Source of the DNA: Actinomycetota bacterium
GTDB taxonomy: Bacteria; Actinomycetota; UBA4738
DNA length: 64,000 nt
NCBI GenBank assembly: GCA_040414485.1
Contig: JBEDUK010000053.1
Location: 3,887 to 67,886, forward strand
Direction: 5' to 3'
This document shows, piece after piece, positions 19,065 through 28,869 of the stretch (its first letter is position 1; every line of letters begins with the position of its first letter). The notes beneath the pieces were generated by a model, which searched no databases, was not told where the DNA came from, and was given only the letters and a program-made list of their open reading frames with translations. The position numbers and the translations under genes are program-made.

Positions 19065-20111
19065 GTGAGTGCACTTCGCGTCGTCGGCGCGCTGTTCGCC
19101 GTCCTGATCTTCGTCGTTCAGGTTCGGCGGTATTCCAGGCGGCAGGCCTCGCGGCTCAGCCTGATCGTCACGGGCATCATCGCGTTGCTGGTGCTCCTGC
19201 TCGCCATCCAGCCGAACTGGTTCAACTTCATCCTCGCGGACTTCGGCTTCCAGGAGGGCAACAACCAGCGTCTGATCGGCGTGCTGATGGTCGGCGAGGT
19301 GATCCTGTTCTCGCTGATCCTTCGGAACTGGTCGGAGGTCGACACCGCCCGCAGTTCCATCCGCATGCTGGTCGAGTCGCTCGCCGTCCAGTCGTTCGAC
19401 TGGGAGGCCGCCAAACGGCTGCCCGACGACGCACGCGTCGTCGTGGTGCTGCCCGCGTTCAACGAGGCAGAGAACATCGGCGCGGTCCTGCATGCCATGC
19501 CCGAGGATGTCGAGGGCCTCCGCGTGGTGCCGGTCGTGGTGGACGACGGCTCGGAGGACGGCACGGCGGACATCGCGCGGGCGAACGGCGCGCTGGTGGC
19601 GCGGCACCCGATCCGGCGCGGCGGGGGCCTCGCCATGCGCGTCGGCTACGAGATCGGGATCCGGCTGAACGCCGAGGTCGTCGTCACCATGGACGCCGAC
19701 GGCCAGCACGTGCCGGACGAGATGACGCTGCTGGTCAAGCCCATCGTCGAAGGGCAGGCCGATCTGGTCAACGGCTCGCGCGTGCTCGGCGAGTTCGAAC
19801 GGGAATCACTGGTCCGGCACGTCGGGGTGCACTTCTTCTCCCGGATCGTGACGATCATGATCGGGACCCGCATCACCGACGTCTCGAACGGCTATCGCGC
19901 GGTCCGCACCGACGTGCTGAAGAACCTGCAGCTCGACCAGGACCAGTTCTGGGCGAGCGAACTGCTCATCGAGGGCATGCGCCACCGCCTTCGGATCGTG
20001 GAGGTCCCGATCACGATCCGGGCGCGGCAGGGCGGCGAGTCGAAGAAGCCGAAGAACTGGAAGTACGGATGGCACTTCGCGAAGGCCATCATGAAGACAT
20101 GGTTGCGATGA
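19065..20111 (+). CDS. GT2 polyprenyl-phosphate glycosyltransferase (Dpm1/GtrB/CsbB-like) with N-terminal 3-TM extension
   Basis: VVVLPAFNEAENIG, VVDDGSEDGT, TMDADGQH, NGSRV…SNGYRAV. GTG start 28 nt after the sqdB stop. Confidence 0.85.
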   Translation: MSALRVVGALFAVLIFVVQVRRYSRRQASRLSLIVTGIIALLVLLLAIQPNWFNFILADFGFQEGNNQRLIGVLMVGEVILFSLILRNWSEVDTARSSIRMLVESLAVQSFDWEAAKRLPDDARVVVVLPAFNEAENIGAVLHAMPEDVEGLRVVPVVVDDGSEDGTADIARANGALVARHPIRRGGGLAMRVGYEIGIRLNAEVVVTMDADGQHVPDEMTLLVKPIVEGQADLVNGSRVLGEFERESLVRHVGVHFFSRIVTIMIGTRITDVSNGYRAVRTDVLKNLQLDQDQFWASELLIEGMRHRLRIVEVPITIRARQGGESKKPKNWKYGWHFAKAIMKTWLR

Positions 20112-20211
20112 GGGGCCGCGAGCGGCGATGACGGCCGACGGCTGACCGCCGCTGCGGCGGTGCCGGCGGTCACCAATTCGCCACAGGCCCTGGGTACAGT
20201 TAGGTCGACCC

Positions 20212-22374
20212 ATGCACGCGCCCACCGAAGCCGATCCCGCCAGCGTCGAGCAGCGCGGGGAACAGGCGACGGCTGGGCGGAAGCCCGCGCACTGGGCGGG
20301 ATGGATCCGTTCGAATCTCCCGGCACTCGCGCTGGTCGCGCTCGCCGGCGGCCTCGTCGCCGCGTTCTATCTGGGCCTGTACTGGGTGAAGCGGTACAAC
20401 ATGCCGATCGGCTGGGACACGCCGCGGTACCTGGACCAGGTGAACCTCGTCGCCTCGCACGGCCTGCGTGGTGTGCCGCACCAGCTTCCCCCGCCGATCA
20501 AGACGCTCCCCAGCCGCGGTGCCTTCCCGATCCTCACACTGTCGCTCTCGGGCCTGTTCGGCATCTCGACGTTCGCGAGCGCGACGGTGGTGCCGCCGGC
20601 GGCCGTGGCGGCGCTCGCCCTCGCCGCTGGTGCCCTGGTGACGTTCACGACGAGGCGCGGCGTGTGGTCCGGCGCGGCCGTGGCGCTCCTGGTGGGGACC
20701 TCGGCGGTGGCGATCCGGTTGATGGCGCCGGAGACGTACACGGACAACCTCGTCGCCGCCGCGATCTTCGTGGCCGCGCTCGTTCCGCTGGTCTCGGCCG
20801 CGGGCGACGCGGCGGCCACCGGATTCCTCGCGGCCTGCGTGCTGCTCGGCGCCGGAGCGATCGCGCACAGCCTGTCGTTCGGCGTGGTCGCCGCAGCCAT
20901 CGGCCTGACCGCGCTGGTCTTCGCGCCCGCGTCATGGGCGTCGTGGCGACGCGGCTCGCGCCTCACCGACACACCGAGCGCACGGCTGGCGGGCGCGGCG
21001 GTGGGGGGCGGGGCGCTCGCCGCGGTCGGGATCTTCGGTGTGCTGCGGGCTGCGCCCGACACGCCGAAGCTGACCCGCGGTGAGCTGACCAAGAAGCTTC
21101 GTGAGGATGTGCCGCTGTACCGGTACTGGATCACGGTGCCGCTTGCGGCCCTCGGCGCCCTCGCGCTGTGGCGGACCCCGCGGGACGACGAGCCCAACGC
21201 GACCCAGGACGCGACCCCGGACGCCGTCACAAGTACGCCGGCGAGCGACGGGTCCGGAAAGGTCGCGTCTGGAAAGGGTTCGGCCGAAACCGGGCCGGGG
21301 ACGGCGCGCGTGCTGTTCGTGCTGCTGCTCTCGTGGACCGCGGTGACGCTGATCGGCCTGGCGCTGTTCGCGCTCGGCCGGAACGCGCCGGCACACCGCT
21401 TCCTGTCGTTCCTGCTGCCGCTTCCCGTGCTCGGCGCGGTGGGGATCCTGTGGCTGGCCGGACTCCTCCGCCGGAGAACCGGCGGTGCGGGCCGCGCCGT
21501 CGCGGTCGGTGTGGTCGCCGTCGCCATCGGCGCGTCCGTCGCGGTCGGCTATCACGACCTCTACTCCACGCTGGCCGGCCCGAACCGTGGCGTGGAGTGG
21601 CTGGATCCGGCGAAGGTGCAGGATGCGGCGACCGCCGCGGCGTATCTCGACGCCGCCCGGGTCCCATCGACCGACCCGGTCGTGTTCGTGATCGACGATC
21701 AGGGGCCGAACCCGCTTTCGTACGTACCGGAGATGACGTACATGCTCCGCGCGGTGCTGCCCGCCGATCGCCTCCCGAACGTGTACGTCTACGTGGGGAA
21801 CCCGGAGAAATACCTGCGGGGCCTGCCGACCGAGCGGGCGCATCCCAGGACCTACGACGCGAACGCCGCGCGCTTCTGGCCGGCGGTCCAGCGGCTGCTT
21901 CCGGAGCATCCGATCGCCCTGCTGCTCGCGTCCTTCAACCCGATGTATCAGGCCGAAGCCGCGCGGACACCCGGGCGGGTGGCTGCCCCCAATGTGCTCG
22001 TGCTCCACGGACCGAGGCCCTCGACGCGCGTGGCGGCCCCGGCCATCCCCACCGGACCCCGCGGTGGCCGTCAGGGAGCGCTGTTCGGCGCAGGCGCGCT
22101 GGTGGCGCTCGCACTCGCCGGGTGGGGGTGGGCGTGCGCGCTCCTGCCTCGAACCGTTCGGCCGTTCGAGTCGTTCGCCATGGCGCCCGCGTTCGGTCTG
22201 GCGTTCCTGATCCTCGGCGGCATCCTCGCCGACGCCCTCGGCATCCGCCTCGGCGGCGGGGGCGGTGCGGCACTGGTGATCGTCGTCGCCGTGGGCGGAG
22301 CGGCCGCCGCGTTCGTCCGGCTGCGCCGAAGCTCCGGCCGGCCCGACCACCCCGTGGCGGTCGCGGCCGCATGA
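20212..22374 (+). CDS. GT-C-like polytopic membrane protein, paralogue B
   Basis: YLGLYWVKRYNMPIGWDTPRYLDQVNLVASHG aligns with paralogue A (YLGLYRTKGYTLPVGFDAPWYVWRASFVADHG). Multi-TM. Confidence 0.75.
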   Translation: MHAPTEADPASVEQRGEQATAGRKPAHWAGWIRSNLPALALVALAGGLVAAFYLGLYWVKRYNMPIGWDTPRYLDQVNLVASHGLRGVPHQLPPPIKTLPSRGAFPILTLSLSGLFGISTFASATVVPPAAVAALALAAGALVTFTTRRGVWSGAAVALLVGTSAVAIRLMAPETYTDNLVAAAIFVAALVPLVSAAGDAAATGFLAACVLLGAGAIAHSLSFGVVAAAIGLTALVFAPASWASWRRGSRLTDTPSARLAGAAVGGGALAAVGIFGVLRAAPDTPKLTRGELTKKLREDVPLYRYWITVPLAALGALALWRTPRDDEPNATQDATPDAVTSTPASDGSGKVASGKGSAETGPGTARVLFVLLLSWTAVTLIGLALFALGRNAPAHRFLSFLLPLPVLGAVGILWLAGLLRRRTGGAGRAVAVGVVAVAIGASVAVGYHDLYSTLAGPNRGVEWLDPAKVQDAATAAAYLDAARVPSTDPVVFVIDDQGPNPLSYVPEMTYMLRAVLPADRLPNVYVYVGNPEKYLRGLPTERAHPRTYDANAARFWPAVQRLLPEHPIALLLASFNPMYQAEAARTPGRVAAPNVLVLHGPRPSTRVAAPAIPTGPRGGRQGALFGAGALVALALAGWGWACALLPRTVRPFESFAMAPAFGLAFLILGGILADALGIRLGGGGGAALVIVVAVGGAAAAFVRLRRSSGRPDHPVAVAAA

Positions 22375-24413
22375 CCGGGTTCCGCGCCGGATCGAACCGC
22401 GCCGGGCCTGCCGTGTGGGCCCTCACCGGCGTCGCCGTCGTGGCCGGCGGCCTGCTGTACCTGAACGCCTACCGGTTGCACCACATGCAGCCGGTCGGCT
22501 GGGACATCTACGGCTACATCTGGCAGACGAGGGCGGTCGGCCACGGAGCCCTGTCCGGGATTGGCGCGCGGCCGGGTGTTCCGCTTCTGGCCTCGCTCCT
22601 CGCGTCCGTGGTCCCCCTGGCGGCGTCGCGCGAACTGGTCGTGCTGCCGATCGTGATGGCCATGGCGCTCGCGCTGGCCGCCGGGGCGGTCGTTCGAGCC
22701 GGGTTCGGTGTGCGCCATTGGTTCTTGCCGGTGCTGGTCGCGACCGTGCTCCTGTGGCCCGGGGTGGGCAGAACCCTCGCCGGCTACGAAGGGAGCCTGC
22801 TCCTGCTGGTGCTCCTGGCGGCCGGTGTGGGCGTCCTGGTCCACGCCGACGGTCGTCCGCTGCGCCTGGTCGCGGCCGGCCTGATCCTGCTCGCCGCCGC
22901 GCTGTCACACGTGGCGATCTTCGCGGCGTTCGTCGCCGTGCTCGGCCTCTTCGTGGTGCTCTCGCTGCCCGCCTTCATCCGCGACCGGCGGGCGGGCGTT
23001 CCCTTGCTCGCCACCGACGCGGGCGGCGCGGCGGTGGGTGTCCTCGGCGCGACCGTGGGCGGCGCCGGGTTCCTGTTCGGCGTGCTCGGGCTCCGCCCGG
23101 GCGATTCGCTGCACACGAACACGGTTTCCTTCCTGTTCGGCGGCCGCACGCTGGACGAGATCCGCCGGATCAGGCCATGGGCGACGCTCCCCGCGGCCGC
23201 CATCGGCGCGACGGCGGCGGGCTGCATGACGGGCGGGGAGCCGGATGCGGCCAACGAGGGCGCGGCCGCCGGCGGACGGCCGGATCGCGGTCCGCGCAAC
23301 CGGCCCGCCGGCGCGCTGGTCCGCTGGGGGATCGCCTGGCTGGCGGTCGCCGCGGGCGGTGTCCTGCTGTCGCTCCGCGGGTACGCGGTGCCCGGCGGAC
23401 GCTTCCTCCTGTTCGCGCTGCCACTGCCGGTGCTGGTCGGCCTCGGCCTGGCCACCGTCGCGCTGCTCGCCACCGGCTGCAGGCTCGGCCTGCGCGCGGC
23501 GGTGATGGCGATCCTGATCGTCGGCATCCTGGTCGGCCTGGGACGGCAGGGGTACCGGTTCATCCAGTACCAGTACGTGGAGACCCACGTGATCCTGGCG
23601 AACGAGCTCAACGCCGCGGCCACGTACGTGCAGGGCCTGCCGCCGGGAACTCCGGTGGTGGTGGCCGTCGACCAACCGGGCCTGGGCGGCGCCTACACCC
23701 CGAAGCTCAGGCTGAACGTGATCAGGTCGGCGATGCCGCCCGACGCCATCACGCGCACGTTCGTCTTCATCGGGCGGCCCGAGGACCTGCTCGCCGGAAG
23801 ACCGACCCTGCTCCCGGGCGGCCCGCGGTGGCACGCGGCATACAACACCGCGTCGAGGCTCGCCTGGTCGCAGGCGCAGACGGCTTTGCGGTCCGGCGGC
23901 GTCGCCCTGGTGGTGCAGCGTTACAACTCCGCCGGCTACGCGCGCGCGATCGCGGCCGACAACAGCCGGTGGGTCGCTCCCGGGGTCTACGTGCTGCGGG
24001 GTCCCGTGCATCGGGTCTCCGCGCCGCCGCGAGCGGGGCCCTTCCCGGCCCTCCCCGCCGGGCTGTGGGGGCTCTGCATCCTCGCGCTCCTCGGCGCCGC
24101 CGGATGGGGCTTCGCGGCCGTCCTCATGCCGCGCGACCGCACGTCCGCGCTCGACGTCCTCTGCCTGTCCCCCGCCATCGGGGCTGCCGCCGGCGTGCTG
24201 GCCTCCTTCGCGATCGCCGCGGCCGGTGCGGATCCCGCAGGCCCGCTGGGGATCGTCGCCCTCGCGGCCATCGCGGCCGCCGGGCTCACCGCCCGCACCC
24301 TGGTCCGCCGACGGGACCGCGCCGGCGATCATCGGCCCGGCGAACCGGACGGCGAACGCGGGGCCGACCCCGCGGCTTCCTCCCCCTCTCCGGGCATCCT
24401 GGATCCGGCATGA
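22371..24413 (+). CDS. GT-C-like polytopic membrane protein, paralogue C
   Basis: Start ATG overlaps the stop of B (ATGA). Motif PVGWDIYGYIWQTRAVGHG. Multi-TM. Confidence 0.7.
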   Translation: MTGFRAGSNRAGPAVWALTGVAVVAGGLLYLNAYRLHHMQPVGWDIYGYIWQTRAVGHGALSGIGARPGVPLLASLLASVVPLAASRELVVLPIVMAMALALAAGAVVRAGFGVRHWFLPVLVATVLLWPGVGRTLAGYEGSLLLLVLLAAGVGVLVHADGRPLRLVAAGLILLAAALSHVAIFAAFVAVLGLFVVLSLPAFIRDRRAGVPLLATDAGGAAVGVLGATVGGAGFLFGVLGLRPGDSLHTNTVSFLFGGRTLDEIRRIRPWATLPAAAIGATAAGCMTGGEPDAANEGAAAGGRPDRGPRNRPAGALVRWGIAWLAVAAGGVLLSLRGYAVPGGRFLLFALPLPVLVGLGLATVALLATGCRLGLRAAVMAILIVGILVGLGRQGYRFIQYQYVETHVILANELNAAATYVQGLPPGTPVVVAVDQPGLGGAYTPKLRLNVIRSAMPPDAITRTFVFIGRPEDLLAGRPTLLPGGPRWHAAYNTASRLAWSQAQTALRSGGVALVVQRYNSAGYARAIAADNSRWVAPGVYVLRGPVHRVSAPPRAGPFPALPAGLWGLCILALLGAAGWGFAAVLMPRDRTSALDVLCLSPAIGAAAGVLASFAIAAAGADPAGPLGIVALAAIAAAGLTARTLVRRRDRAGDHRPGEPDGERGADPAASSPSPGILDPA

Positions 24414-26854
24414 CCGAACAGACGCTCGAAGGACGGCACCGGGCGGAGAGGCCCGCCACGCGGCTGCGCACCTTCGTGAGCGCAACCCTCGGCCCCGCCA
24501 TGATCGTCGTGGCGGTGCTGGTCGTCCTTCGGAACTATGCGTTCCGGGGCATGATCACCACCCAGCACGGCGACATCCTCGAGTACTGGCTCCCGGCCTT
24601 CGATCATCTCGGACGGACGCTTCGGTCCGGACACATCCCCGCCTACAACCCCTTCTCGATGGCCGGCGCGCCGTTCGCCGCCGATCCGCAGAGCGGGTGG
24701 ATGTACCTCCCCGCGATGGTGCTCTTCACGGTGCTCCCGGCCGCGGCGGCGATCCGGTGGTTCCTGGTCGTCCAGCCGATCCTGGCCGGGCTCGGCGCCT
24801 ACTGGTTCCTCCGCGGCGAGGACGTGAACCGCCCCGCCAGCACGGCGGGCGGCCTCGTGGCGGCGCTCATCATGGCCGGCTCCCACATCGGCCTCGAACT
24901 GCCCTTCGCCGGCGCGCTCGCCTGGACCCTGCTCGCGCTCGCCGCCGCGGCGCGTTTCGTTCGAAGCGAGCGGTGGGGGCCCCGCCTCGGCTGGCTCGCG
25001 GCCACCGCCATCGCGTGGGGGCAGATCGCGGCCGCGCACCTCAGCCACGGGCTCGTCACCGGCACGGCGCTCCTGCTCACGTACGTCGTGTTCCGCCTGG
25101 CGAGCGGCGCGCACGGGAGGCGGGACTGGCTGCGTGCGGCCGGTGTGTTCGTTCTGACCCTCGTCTCGCTTGCCGCGGTCAACCTCGCGTATCTGCTTCC
25201 CCGGATCGCCTACCTCCCGCGCACGACGCTCGCGCTGGGATATTCGACACTGAACGACCTGGCCGGCCGGCTGAGCGGCCAACCGATCCCGGTCGCGCAT
25301 CCCTCAGAGGCGCTGCTGATCGGCGGGAACTGGCTCCTCGGGCTGGCCTCGGCACCGGGCGCGTATCTCGGCGCGGCGGCGATGGCGCTGTCGTTCGCCG
25401 GCCTGTGGTCGAAGCGGCACCGAGGCCTGACGATCACGCTGCTGGGCTTCGGGTTCGTGTTCTACGTGCTCTCGCTGCACGGCGTCGCGACAGACCTCGG
25501 CCCGCACATCACATGGATCCCGTTCGCCGACTTCTACATCCACGCGCCCGTGCGGTTCCGCTACGGCGTGATCCTGGTCCTGCCCCTGCTGGCAGCGCTG
25601 GGCACGCACGCGTGGATCACCGAGCGCGGCTGGCGCGTCCATGTCTGGATGGTCGTTCCGGGCGTGGCCCTGTGGTGGGTCCTGAACGCGATCATCGGCC
25701 GCGCGGGCGCCTTCCCGACGCTCTTCGTCGTGGGCTCGGTGGCCGCCGCGGTGGTGTTGACCCTGGTCGCCTGGCGGCCCAGCCTGGCATGGGCGATCCC
25801 CGTGCTGCTGATGATCGAATTGACCGCCAACGGCGTGTTCGGCGCACGGCTGCCCCGGCAGAACACGGGCTCTCCATGGGGCCCGAACCTGGTGCCGATG
25901 GTAAAGATAGCTGACTATATGAAGCAAGGGACACTCGCTCACGTCATCGCCGCGAGCGGCGACGGCAGGTACATCACCGTCGCGCCGAGGGGGCAGGGCA
26001 AGCCGGGACGGGCGTTCATCCTGACCCACCCGGCCACGTGGCCCAGCCTCGCCGACGGGCGCTCGATCCTGTTTCAGATCCAGGCCGCGGACGGCTACAA
26101 CCCGACGCAGCTCCTCCGCTACTGGCAGTTCGTGCGCTCGGTCACCAGCCGCCGTTTGACGTACAACTCCTCGTCGTTCCCGAAGCCGGTGCCGCGGACC
26201 GCGCTGGATCTGCTTGCAGTCCGATGGCTCCTGGCGCCGGTGGACACCGGACCGGGGGTGGTCGGCGCGAAGCGGGTGGCCACCGAGGGCCGGTGGGGGC
26301 TCTACGAGGTGCGGCCGGTACCGCCCCGGGCGAGCCTGCTCGGCTCCTGGACGGTGGCCGCCTCGCCCGACGAGGCCCGCAGGGACGTGGTCGACCCGGC
26401 ATTCGATCCGAGCTCCAAGATCGTGCTCGAACGCGACCCGGGCGTGAGCGCGGAGGTGGTCCCGCCGGGCGGTCCGGGAACGGCCGTCTATCGCGAGGAC
26501 GGACCGAACAGCGGCACGATCCTGGTCGACGCCAGGGTCCCGGGCGTGTTGCTCATCAGGAATCCGTTCGGCCCGGGCTGGCACGCCGCCCTCGACGGCC
26601 GAAGCGTCCCGCTGGTGCCGGGCGACTTCGTCGACCAGGCGGTGGCGGTGCCGGCCGGGCACCACGTGATCCAGGTGAGGTTCGACGACCCGGCCGTCGG
26701 ATGGGGGCTCCTGGGGACGGTGATCGCGCTGGCGCTCCTGCTCGGGCTGGCGGGAGCGGCGACCGTTCGCGCCCGCCGAAGAGAGGGCGAGGGTCTCGGG
26801 CTGGACTTCACCCGAGCGCCCGAACAGACGCGCGCGGGTGCGCCGGCTCCATGA
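24410..26854 (+). CDS. YfhO-family membrane protein (GT-C-like glycosyltransferase)
   Basis: 815 aa. N-terminal YfhO-type motifs (HGDILEYWLPAFDHL…IPAYNPFSMAGAPFAADPQSGWMYLP). ATGA start/stop overlap with paralogue C. Confidence 0.75.
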   Translation: MTEQTLEGRHRAERPATRLRTFVSATLGPAMIVVAVLVVLRNYAFRGMITTQHGDILEYWLPAFDHLGRTLRSGHIPAYNPFSMAGAPFAADPQSGWMYLPAMVLFTVLPAAAAIRWFLVVQPILAGLGAYWFLRGEDVNRPASTAGGLVAALIMAGSHIGLELPFAGALAWTLLALAAAARFVRSERWGPRLGWLAATAIAWGQIAAAHLSHGLVTGTALLLTYVVFRLASGAHGRRDWLRAAGVFVLTLVSLAAVNLAYLLPRIAYLPRTTLALGYSTLNDLAGRLSGQPIPVAHPSEALLIGGNWLLGLASAPGAYLGAAAMALSFAGLWSKRHRGLTITLLGFGFVFYVLSLHGVATDLGPHITWIPFADFYIHAPVRFRYGVILVLPLLAALGTHAWITERGWRVHVWMVVPGVALWWVLNAIIGRAGAFPTLFVVGSVAAAVVLTLVAWRPSLAWAIPVLLMIELTANGVFGARLPRQNTGSPWGPNLVPMVKIADYMKQGTLAHVIAASGDGRYITVAPRGQGKPGRAFILTHPATWPSLADGRSILFQIQAADGYNPTQLLRYWQFVRSVTSRRLTYNSSSFPKPVPRTALDLLAVRWLLAPVDTGPGVVGAKRVATEGRWGLYEVRPVPPRASLLGSWTVAASPDEARRDVVDPAFDPSSKIVLERDPGVSAEVVPPGGPGTAVYREDGPNSGTILVDARVPGVLLIRNPFGPGWHAALDGRSVPLVPGDFVDQAVAVPAGHHVIQVRFDDPAVGWGLLGTVIALALLLGLAGAATVRARRREGEGLGLDFTRAPEQTRAGAPAP

Positions 26855-28869
26855 GCGACCGCCGCGACGATCCGGTCGGCGGCTGGCTCGTCGCCGTCAT
26901 CGGGTTCGGGATCCTGCTGTTCTTCGTCGCCATCTATCCGGCCCTGGGCCTGCGGGCCCCGATCGGATCCGACTCGCCCGTCTACATCTGGTGGGCCCGG
27001 CTGGGAGGTGCGGCCGGACTCGGGCCGCTCGGCACCGGTGCCCGGCCCGCGGCCGTCGGCCTGGTCGCCGCGCTCGGTGGCGGCGCCTCCTCGGGAGCGG
27101 CTGCGGTGGCCGAAGCGCTCCCGCCGGTGCTCGCCGTGGCGGTGGCGCTGGCCGCGTCCACGTTTGGGCTCACGTCCGTTCGACATTCCAGGCAGCAGCT
27201 CGCGTTCGTGTTCGCGTCCGGTTTCGTCGGGGTCTTCCTGAGCTATCTCGTGCCCGGCTACCTGTCGACGGTCGCGTTCCTCACGGGGTTCGCCGGCATG
27301 CTCGCGGTCGTCAACCTGTCCGCCGGGAGCGGTGGCGCCGGCCCGTTCCTGCTGGCGGGCGCGCTCCTCGCGGCCGCGGGGCTCTTTCATCCGTTGTTCC
27401 TGCTGCTCGGTGCCGGGATCTCGGCAGGCGCCGCACTGGCGCTGGTACCGGCCTGGCGGGACGCTCGCCGCGCCTCGGCGCCGTTCGGGTCCACGGTCCT
27501 CGGGCGGATGAGCCTCGCATGGGCGCTGGCGCTTCCCGCCGTGGGGCTGGGGCTGCTGGCGTCCGGGGCGGGCACGGCGGCGAACGTCGACACCTCGCGC
27601 GACTCGGTGCTTCGGCGCGTGCACCTCGGGAATCTGCTCCGCGACTCGTACATGCGAAAGCTCCACCACGACGTGCCGTGGTGGAGGTCCGCGACGGCGG
27701 TGCTGCTCCCGCTCACGGCCCTGCCCCTGCTGTCCAAAGGACCCGCACGCGACCCCGCGGAACGGGAGCGCGGCGCCATGTTCTGGGGTGCGATGGCCGC
27801 GTGGCTGCTGATCACGCTGGCGGGTGTGGGCCTCCTGCTGCTCGCCGGGTCCGCCGCCCCCGGGCAGCGCCTGTTCGTCGTCTGCCTGGCGTTTCCCCTC
27901 CTGGCGGGGCTCGGGCTGTCCGGCCTTCGATTCCGGTCGCGCGCCCTGACCGTCGTCGCCGCGGCGCTCGGCGCCGGGCTGTTCCTCGCCGCGCTCGGTT
28001 CGTACTGGTGGTCGAGCCGGCCGCTGGTGACGCCGACGCAGACACTGGAGGCACGGGCGGCCGGCGAGGCCCTCGGCGCGCTGCGCGCGGGAACGCCGCT
28101 GATCGTGGTGGCGGACGACCGATCGGACAAGCCGGCCCTGTTCCTCACGAGGTACGCGAACGTGGTGCGCGGGGCGGTGCCGGCCGCCCGGGTCCCCGAC
28201 GTCCACCTGTGGGTTGGAACGCCGGCCGACTTCCTCCGCAACCGGCCGACGCTGACGGGCAACCAGGAGCACGACCGGATGTCGGCCATGTATCGGCAGG
28301 AGGCCCAGCCGAGCCTTCGACACAGCCCGCTCGTCGTCGCGATCCGGTCGTTCGATGGGGGAGGCTACGCGGCCGCGGCGGCGCTTCCCGGCTCGAAGCT
28401 GCTCGCCCCGGGCGTGGTCGTTCTGCCGGGGTATCCGGGCGAACCGCGGCCGCCGGGTGCGCCGGCCCAGGCGGCCGGCCTGACCGAACCCGGAGCCGGG
28501 CCGCTGTCGCCGTGGCTGCCCGTCTGGCTGGCGCCGCTCCTGCTGCTGGGATTCGGCCTGACGGGGTGGCCCTGGATCCGCCTCGCGCTGCGGGCTGCGG
28601 CCGGGTCACATGCGCTCGCGCTCGCTCCAGCGGTCGGGATCGCCGCGCTCGGGCTCGGTGCGGCGCTCGCCGACGCGGTCGGCATCCGCCTCTCATCCCC
28701 GGGCGGGACGGCCGCGATGGTCGTGGTCGCGCTGATCGGGTGGGCAGCCCTGGCGTGGTCCCGTCACCGCGCGAATCGGGCGAGCGGGCTCAGGGCATCG
28801 GCGAGTGCCCCGACGCCGGACAGTTCGGGATCGGCGGCAGCGGATCCGGCTTCGCCGGCGCCTGTGTGA
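26851..28869 (+). CDS. GT-C-like polytopic membrane protein, paralogue D
   Basis: ATGA overlap with YfhO. Motif PIGSDSPVYIWWARLGG. Multi-TM. Confidence 0.7.
   Translation: MSDRRDDPVGGWLVAVIGFGILLFFVAIYPALGLRAPIGSDSPVYIWWARLGGAAGLGPLGTGARPAAVGLVAALGGGASSGAAAVAEALPPVLAVAVALAASTFGLTSVRHSRQQLAFVFASGFVGVFLSYLVPGYLSTVAFLTGFAGMLAVVNLSAGSGGAGPFLLAGALLAAAGLFHPLFLLLGAGISAGAALALVPAWRDARRASAPFGSTVLGRMSLAWALALPAVGLGLLASGAGTAANVDTSRDSVLRRVHLGNLLRDSYMRKLHHDVPWWRSATAVLLPLTALPLLSKGPARDPAERERGAMFWGAMAAWLLITLAGVGLLLLAGSAAPGQRLFVVCLAFPLLAGLGLSGLRFRSRALTVVAAALGAGLFLAALGSYWWSSRPLVTPTQTLEARAAGEALGALRAGTPLIVVADDRSDKPALFLTRYANVVRGAVPAARVPDVHLWVGTPADFLRNRPTLTGNQEHDRMSAMYRQEAQPSLRHSPLVVAIRSFDGGGYAAAAALPGSKLLAPGVVVLPGYPGEPRPPGAPAQAAGLTEPGAGPLSPWLPVWLAPLLLLGFGLTGWPWIRLALRAAAGSHALALAPAVGIAALGLGAALADAVGIRLSSPGGTAAMVVVALIGWAALAWSRHRANRASGLRASASAPTPDSSGSAAADPASPAPV

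Noticed and set aside
20367-28323. Multiple long minus-strand and off-frame ORFs (20367..21527, 22905..24485, 24226..25914, 26488..28323, 26838..28883) overlapping the GT-C/YfhO operon
   Set aside because: All are antisense or alternate-frame shadows of hydrophobic, well-conserved membrane-protein genes. Their translations are Arg/Pro/Gly-rich and not TM-like.
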